DNA from: Octopus sinensis
Taxonomy: Eukaryota
NCBI RefSeq assembly: GCF_006345805.1
Contig: NC_043011.1
Span: 61,516,464-61,580,463, forward strand
Direction of reading: 5' to 3'
Length of the DNA stretch: 64,000 nt
The notes beneath the pieces were generated by a model. That model was not told the DNA's origin, ran no database searches, and saw only the letters and a program-made list of their open reading frames with translations. The position numbers and the translations under genes were made by a program. Numbering within the stretch: position 1 is the stretch's first letter; each line of letters begins with the position of its first letter. Below, in pieces: positions 57,855-64,000 of this stretch.

Positions 57855-58180
57855 ACACTAGGCACAAGGCCCGGAATTTTGGGGAGGGGGCCAATCGGTT
57901 AGATCGATCCCAGTAGCCAACTCGTACTTACTTTTTCGACCCCGAAAAGCAAAGTCGACCTCAGTGAAATCAGAACGTAAAGGCAGACGAAATACCACTG
58001 TGTGGTAGGGATGGGGTTTATGTGAGTTGGGTGTGAGGGTGAGAATGGGGTATATCGGAGTGGACATTCGTCTGAACAACTAGAAATAAAGTGTTTTGCT
58101 CAAAGACACAACGCCGGGATTTGAACTCACCACCTTACGATCGTGTGCCGAATGCTCTTACCACTAAGCCACGAGCATTC
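57855..58180 (-). mobile_element. Two adjacent minus-strand SINE fragments
   Basis: 57855-57995 matches the 7009 family; ~58090-58180 matches the tRNA head of the 10750/17701 family. Confidence 0.65.
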
Positions 58181-58242
<62 letters not shown>

Positions 58243-58256
58243 TACATACATACATT

Positions 58257-58365
<109 letters not shown>

Positions 58366-58385
58366 CTGTGCGTGTGTATCTAAAA

Positions 58386-59593
58386 TGGACAAAATAATGG
58401 AAACACTTAGCATCATAATTTGGAAATACCTATACAACCGTCAACATCCTATTTGTTTTTATGTTTTTTTATTTAATATTAGTGTTGCTTAATATGTTTT
58501 GCTAAAATTGCCATATCTTTTCAGATATCATCAGAAAAAGGTAATTAAAATTCATTAAAATAACAGATCTATCGGATTTTCAAAGAGGTCCAATTGTTGG
58601 TGCTCGTATGACAAGTGCTAGCATAATGAAAACAGACGAAATGTTTGGTGTATCAAGAGGTACTGTCTCGAAAGTAATGACAGCCTTTGAGAAACCTCCT
58701 CGTCGAAACAAGATTCTGGAAGGAAGCTAAAACTTTCAGATCGGGACCGTCGGAATCTTACGCAAATTGTTAGAAAGGATCATAAAAGTACAGCTCCCAA
58801 AATTACTGCAGAGCTAAATGACCACCACGAGAACCCAGTTTCTACAAAATCTGTTCGCTGAGAGAGCTGCAATCAGAAAACCATTACTTTAAAAAACAAA
58901 CGTTGCAAAGCGTTTAGAGTGGAGTAAAAACCAACAGAATTGGTCCCTAGAGCAGCGAAAGAATGTTATTTTCTCGGACGAGCCATCTTTTACCTTATTT
59001 CCGACCACCGGCCGAGTATACGTGTGGAGACAGCCAAAAGAAGCATTTGACTCAGACTGCCTTCTTCCAACTGTTAAACACGGAGCAGGATCTGTGATGA
59101 TCTGGTGGGGGTATATCTTGGAAATCCGCCGGCCCAGTGGTTTCCCTTCATGGCGCAATTAAAAGTCAAGTCTGTCTACTTAAGTATTTTATCTGATCAA
59201 ATTCACCCTATGGTTGCGGAACTGCTTCTGGAGAGAAACGCAATCTTTCAGGATGTTAATGCACCAATTCACACAGCCAACGTTGTTACTGAATGGCATG
59301 AGGAACATTCTAGTGAAGTTGACCATCTTATCTGGCCCCACTGGCCCCAGATCTCAATATTATTGAACATTATGATGCATTTTAGAAAAAACAGGTAAGG
59401 AGTCGATATCCCCCACCATCATCACTACAAGAACTGGAGACTGTTTTAGCTGAAAAATGGAAACAATTCAAACTTTGTACAAGTCCATAACTCATAGACG
59501 TCAAGCTGTAATTACTGTCAAAGGCGGTCCTATCCCATGTTAAAATAAATTTGTTCTAAATTTTAAGGTGTTTCCATTATTCTGTTCAACCCT

Positions 59594-59596
<3 letters not shown>
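58386..59596 (+). mobile_element. Tc1/mariner DNA transposon with frameshifted transposase
   Basis: DLSDFQRGPIVGAR...GVSRGTVSKV N-terminus; VIFSDE, TVKHGAGSVMIW and IFQDVNAPIHTA motifs. Imperfect TIRs GGACAAAATAATGGAAACAC (~58386) and GTGTTTCCATTATTCTGTTC (~59568). Confidence 0.92.
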
Positions 59597-59653
<57 letters not shown>

Positions 59654-61756
59654 AACGTGTGTGTGTGTAGTAATAAACTCTTGATGATCTGACTGCTTAG
59701 TAACAAGCGCAATGAAAGAATGGTAGTAATTATAATAAAGGTATATCTACCTGCAGGAGGGTTGGGCTATTGTCAACAAATTAAACTTTGGCCATTTGTA
59801 GGGACATTTAAGTTTACGATCACAAGTTGATGTCTTCTTATCAGCACCTGTAATTTTTAATCAAAGTTCTTCGTTATTCTAACATCCTTCATAATTATAT
59901 TACAAAATGTTCTATATTTTGAGCAGTAATTGCAGTTTAAATTCATGTTAAAATCTGGAGGCTAAATATGATCTCAGAACGTAAAGACAGATGAAATGCC
60001 GTTAAGCATTTCGTCTAGTGTGCTAACGAATCTCACAGCTCACCCCCTTTATTTTTGTCGTTCATGCAATAATTCTTTCGAATCAAGAGATACCTTATTT
60101 CATAATTCCATTTCATACCTATTTATGATTCCATGTGAAAGCATAATCTAAAAACACAACGCTTAGATGAATGATGTGTATCTTGAACTTTTAGCCGCCT
60201 TATTTTACTATACTGAGTAAAGAAATTAAAATCATTAAACGAAATTCTGAACTGCATTTTGACACAAAACGTAATTTTTGCTACAAATGGTAAGTCACAA
60301 CTCTGTCTGAGCGACTTCTTCGCCCATTGTATAAACATGTCATGTTGAATGAAACCAAACACAGTCCATGTGAAACAAGCAAATATATTATTCTCAGATT
60401 GTGGCTCAAGTCCTCAACAAAGGATTTTACGTTCTTCTTACATTCGGACAGATAGACGATACAAAGGCGGACAAGAGAAAAAACAATAGATGGACAGGCA
60501 ACAAAAAAACATTAGATGGACAGGCAACAAAAAAAGACGAGCCATTCGTGGCATTCTCTTCTCAGTCAAGAACCAAAAGTCACAACCATTTCGGGCAGAT
60601 TCTTTTATTCTTTACTTGTGTCAGTCATTTGACTGCAGCCATGCTGGAGCCCCGCCTTAAAGGGTTTTAGCCGAAGACAGTGAACCCAGGACTTATTCTT
60701 CGTAAGTCTGTTACTTATTCTATCGTTTATTTTGCCGATCCAGTAGGTTACGTGGACGTAAACACACTAACATCGGTTGTAGAACGTGGTTGATTCTTTC
60801 ATTTCTTTCAAACACTCCCCAACCGCTTCTACGACTGCTACCTCTACCTTCTTTGATGCTATGTTTAGCATTCTATAGATGATAGTTCTCTTTTCCGTAT
60901 TCTCAATAATACCCTTGGGAGATGTCAGCCTTATACGGTCTCCCTCCTTTTTAGCAAGGTGTTGTATATCTTGAAGTCCTTGCCTTTGACTTCTAATTCA
61001 AGGACTTGCAATAGCTCCGCTGGCAGGCTTTTGCCAGTCACTGCAGCATATATGCCTGATTGCACTTGTCTATTCTCCATAATAATGTTCTTCACAATTT
61101 CGCCCATAAATGAGGAAGACAAATAAGAATTGCAACAAATTCAAGAAATAACAATAATTCAACAATTCAAGAAGTAACAGGTTAACAATAACAGATCTCA
61201 CGTGGAGCGTACACACTTTCTACTCAAAAACAACGACAAACGTTTCTGTCACCTTGCTGCATCCGAGAGTAAAGTTATTGTTTTATGCGATCACCTCACA
61301 TGCATCAACCAGGCAACTGATAGTTTCACGTACATGGAAGCCCAACTGGGTTCTTCAAGCATGAATTATTCTACCGAACTAAGCAGTTTCAATAATGGAC
61401 TGGATATAAAATGGCGCGAAAGAAATCCGAACAACCAAACGAATAACGTGGAAGTTACCACTAAGGCGAATTGCGAATATATGGGAACTGTAAATAAATA
61501 GCGGAAACCTTAAAAGTGGGACCAAGCGAATGATATAAGTAATGTGGAGGGAGGTGATGTAAGAATATAATCTTGCAAAATAATATAAAATAAAATAAAT
61601 AGCAATAAAATAAATTAAGAAATATAAGAAATGATAGAAATATTTATAAACGGGTATGTACAAATATGAAATATGCTGAAAGATATAAAATCTATGAAAA
61701 AATATGAAAAAGAATATATACAAGAAATACGGGAAACTTATATGAAAAATGTTATT

Positions 61757-61806
<50 letters not shown>

Positions 61807-61815
61807 CATATATAT

Positions 61816-61965
<150 letters not shown>

Positions 61966-62501
61966 TATATATATATGCAAGTTATTGCCGATACTCTCCA
62001 ATTTGCTGTTCTCTGAGTTCGTAGTTTCTGGTAAACCAATCCTGATTTTCTTTTAAAATATTGAAACGTAAGTTAGAGGGAAACGCTTATGCTAATGTTC
62101 TTCCGCTTAAAAACCCTTCGTGGTCGGCACGTGCATTAACTCTTGTTTCAAGTAAACGGTTTTTATTTCATTTTATAGGTCTTTAGGTAGTGTAATAAAC
62201 GTCTTGAGCAAATCTGTATAAGCGGACACAGGACATCGCGTTGCTGCTGTAGCCATGTTCCAAAGTAAATCTTTTTAGTAATATATTTCATTAATGCTTC
62301 TAAAACCTTGATTAAATTAATTTATTTTTTAACTAAAATACGTCGGAGGTTAAGTGAGATTGCATGCTATTATTGCTTATCTCCTATATTTCTTTCGTTC
62401 TATGTACACGCGCATATCCACATACTTATGTGTGGAAAGAAGGGCAGAGAGAAACAGAAAGAAAAGTCAAAGAGAAACAGACGGATTGAGACGGATTATA
62501 A

Positions 62502-62735
62502 GGCGGCGAGCTGGCAGAAGCGTTAGCACGCTGGGCGAAATGCTTTGCGGTATTTCGTCTGCCGTTACGTTGTGAGTTCAAATTCCGCCGAGGTCGACTT
62601 TGCCTTTCAGCCTTTCGGGGTCGATAAATTAAGCACCAGTTACGCACTGGGGTCGATGTAATCGACTTAATACCTATGTCTGTCCTTGTTTGTCCCCTCT
62701 ATGTTTAGCCCCTTGTGGATAATAAAGAAATAGGA
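62502..62735 (+). mobile_element. SINE, same family as 7009-7223
   Basis: Shared 5' GGCGGCGAGCTGGCAGAA...GAGGTCGACTTTGCC...GGGGTCGAT body. Confidence 0.8.
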
Positions 62736-63447
62736 TTCAAAGGTGAAGAGTTTCAGAAAGGAATTGAGAGAGAGAAGGAGAGAGAGAGACAGAGACAGAC
62801 AGAAAGATAGAGTGAGGTTGACAGAAAGAGAGAGACAGACAGACAGACAGATAGACATATAGTCAGGATTCATTTACATTAAGTCTCAGAAATTGATAGG
62901 TAAAAAGATGGTCAACGTTTATCTTTTGCCCACTTACCTGCGGTGAGAAGACACAGAAATAAAATAAATTTCATCGTAGATTTTCGTGTTCCAGCAACGC
63001 CTGCCCAAGTGATGGACACTTCCATGAAAGTGTGTCGCATATAGTTCGATGTAACAGCTGTTTATTTACACGTATTTATATATAAATGTATATGTGAATA
63101 TATACATAGATCAGTATACATTGATCTGAACGGTATGATTGTTTATTATTTTTATATAAAGTCATAAATAATCAGTGAAATATCCAGTATGATAAAAAGT
63201 TTCATTTAATCGATGGAAATCCTTATATGACAACAATTGTTTCACAGCTTAATAAAACATGCGTAGATAATTTATTTTATTATATCTTATAACAAGTAAA
63301 TTGTTTATTGAAATGTCTGCCCTAATATATTGAAAATAATGCAAACATTGAGAGATCTCATCTGGTTCGAAAAGTCCATGTTAAGAAATAATCTCTTTTA
63401 ATAATGCAAGCAACATATTATATATGTGTGTGAATATCCCCCCCCCC

Positions 63448-63488
<41 letters not shown>

Positions 63489-64000
63489 TATAAATATATA
63501 TATGGATATGTATGTATATATAAACAAATTAATAAATAAAACATATGCATATATACATACATATATTACGTACCTACCTCTACATGTATATATACATGCA
63601 TATATGGGTACAGGACACCAAAAAAACGTCGAACACAATGAGAAACGAAGGCATAAACACAAAACCAAGGAACTGGACATTTTTCTTAAACAACGAAAAT
63701 ATAGAGAACAGGACAAATAACACAAGGAAAATTCCCCTTCTTCAGTCGCCATGGTTTCATCTACTCCGCGTTTCGAAGGTGAAGGCGAGACCCAACTTAA
63801 GCTGAAACATTCCTTCCCGCGAAAAGCAAATTAAATAAAATTTGAGATTTTTTGCGGAGGGGTAAAAATGGTAACAAAAACAGGACAGTAACGACAGTAC
63901 AAAATATAAACAGTAAAAGACAGGACAAGGAGAATAACAGTAACACAGACAAGATGGGCTGTTAAGCCAATCGAGATAAAATATTACGAACGCTATTTTT

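Noticed and set aside
63640-63840. Second hammerhead-like arrangement (GAAACGCG and CTGAAGA on the minus strand)
   Set aside because: Halves are in permuted order and I could not form stems I and II convincingly; probably a decayed repeat end.

Overview
AT-rich, microsatellite- and SINE-dense eukaryotic DNA; the repeat families look like octopus/cephalopod DNA (inference). The ORF track misses the main content because the exons are only 29-103 nt. Manual splice reconstruction shows a + strand tandem cluster of five-exon genes encoding ~97-aa secreted proteins: a signal peptide plus a ~76-aa mature domain with an invariant C-x5-C-x19-C-x8-C-x8-C-x13-C frame. I do not recognise the family. Four copies look intact (G2-G5, inside a ~7-9 kb-period array at ~12.7-49.4 kb), one is a deletion pseudogene (G1) and one is an older diverged paralog (G0, exon 1 not found in the window). 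Signal exons and introns are nearly identical between copies, while mature-domain exon 3 is hypervariable with almost only amino-acid-changing substitutions, as in toxin, antimicrobial or recognition peptide families. The rest is transposon debris (two RTE-type LINEs with TSDs, Penelope-like and R4/Dong fragments, a Tc1 element, MITE/foldback hairpins, tRNA-derived SINEs, a minimal hammerhead-like motif) and simple repeats. All alignments, counts and translations were done by eye; no database search was possible.
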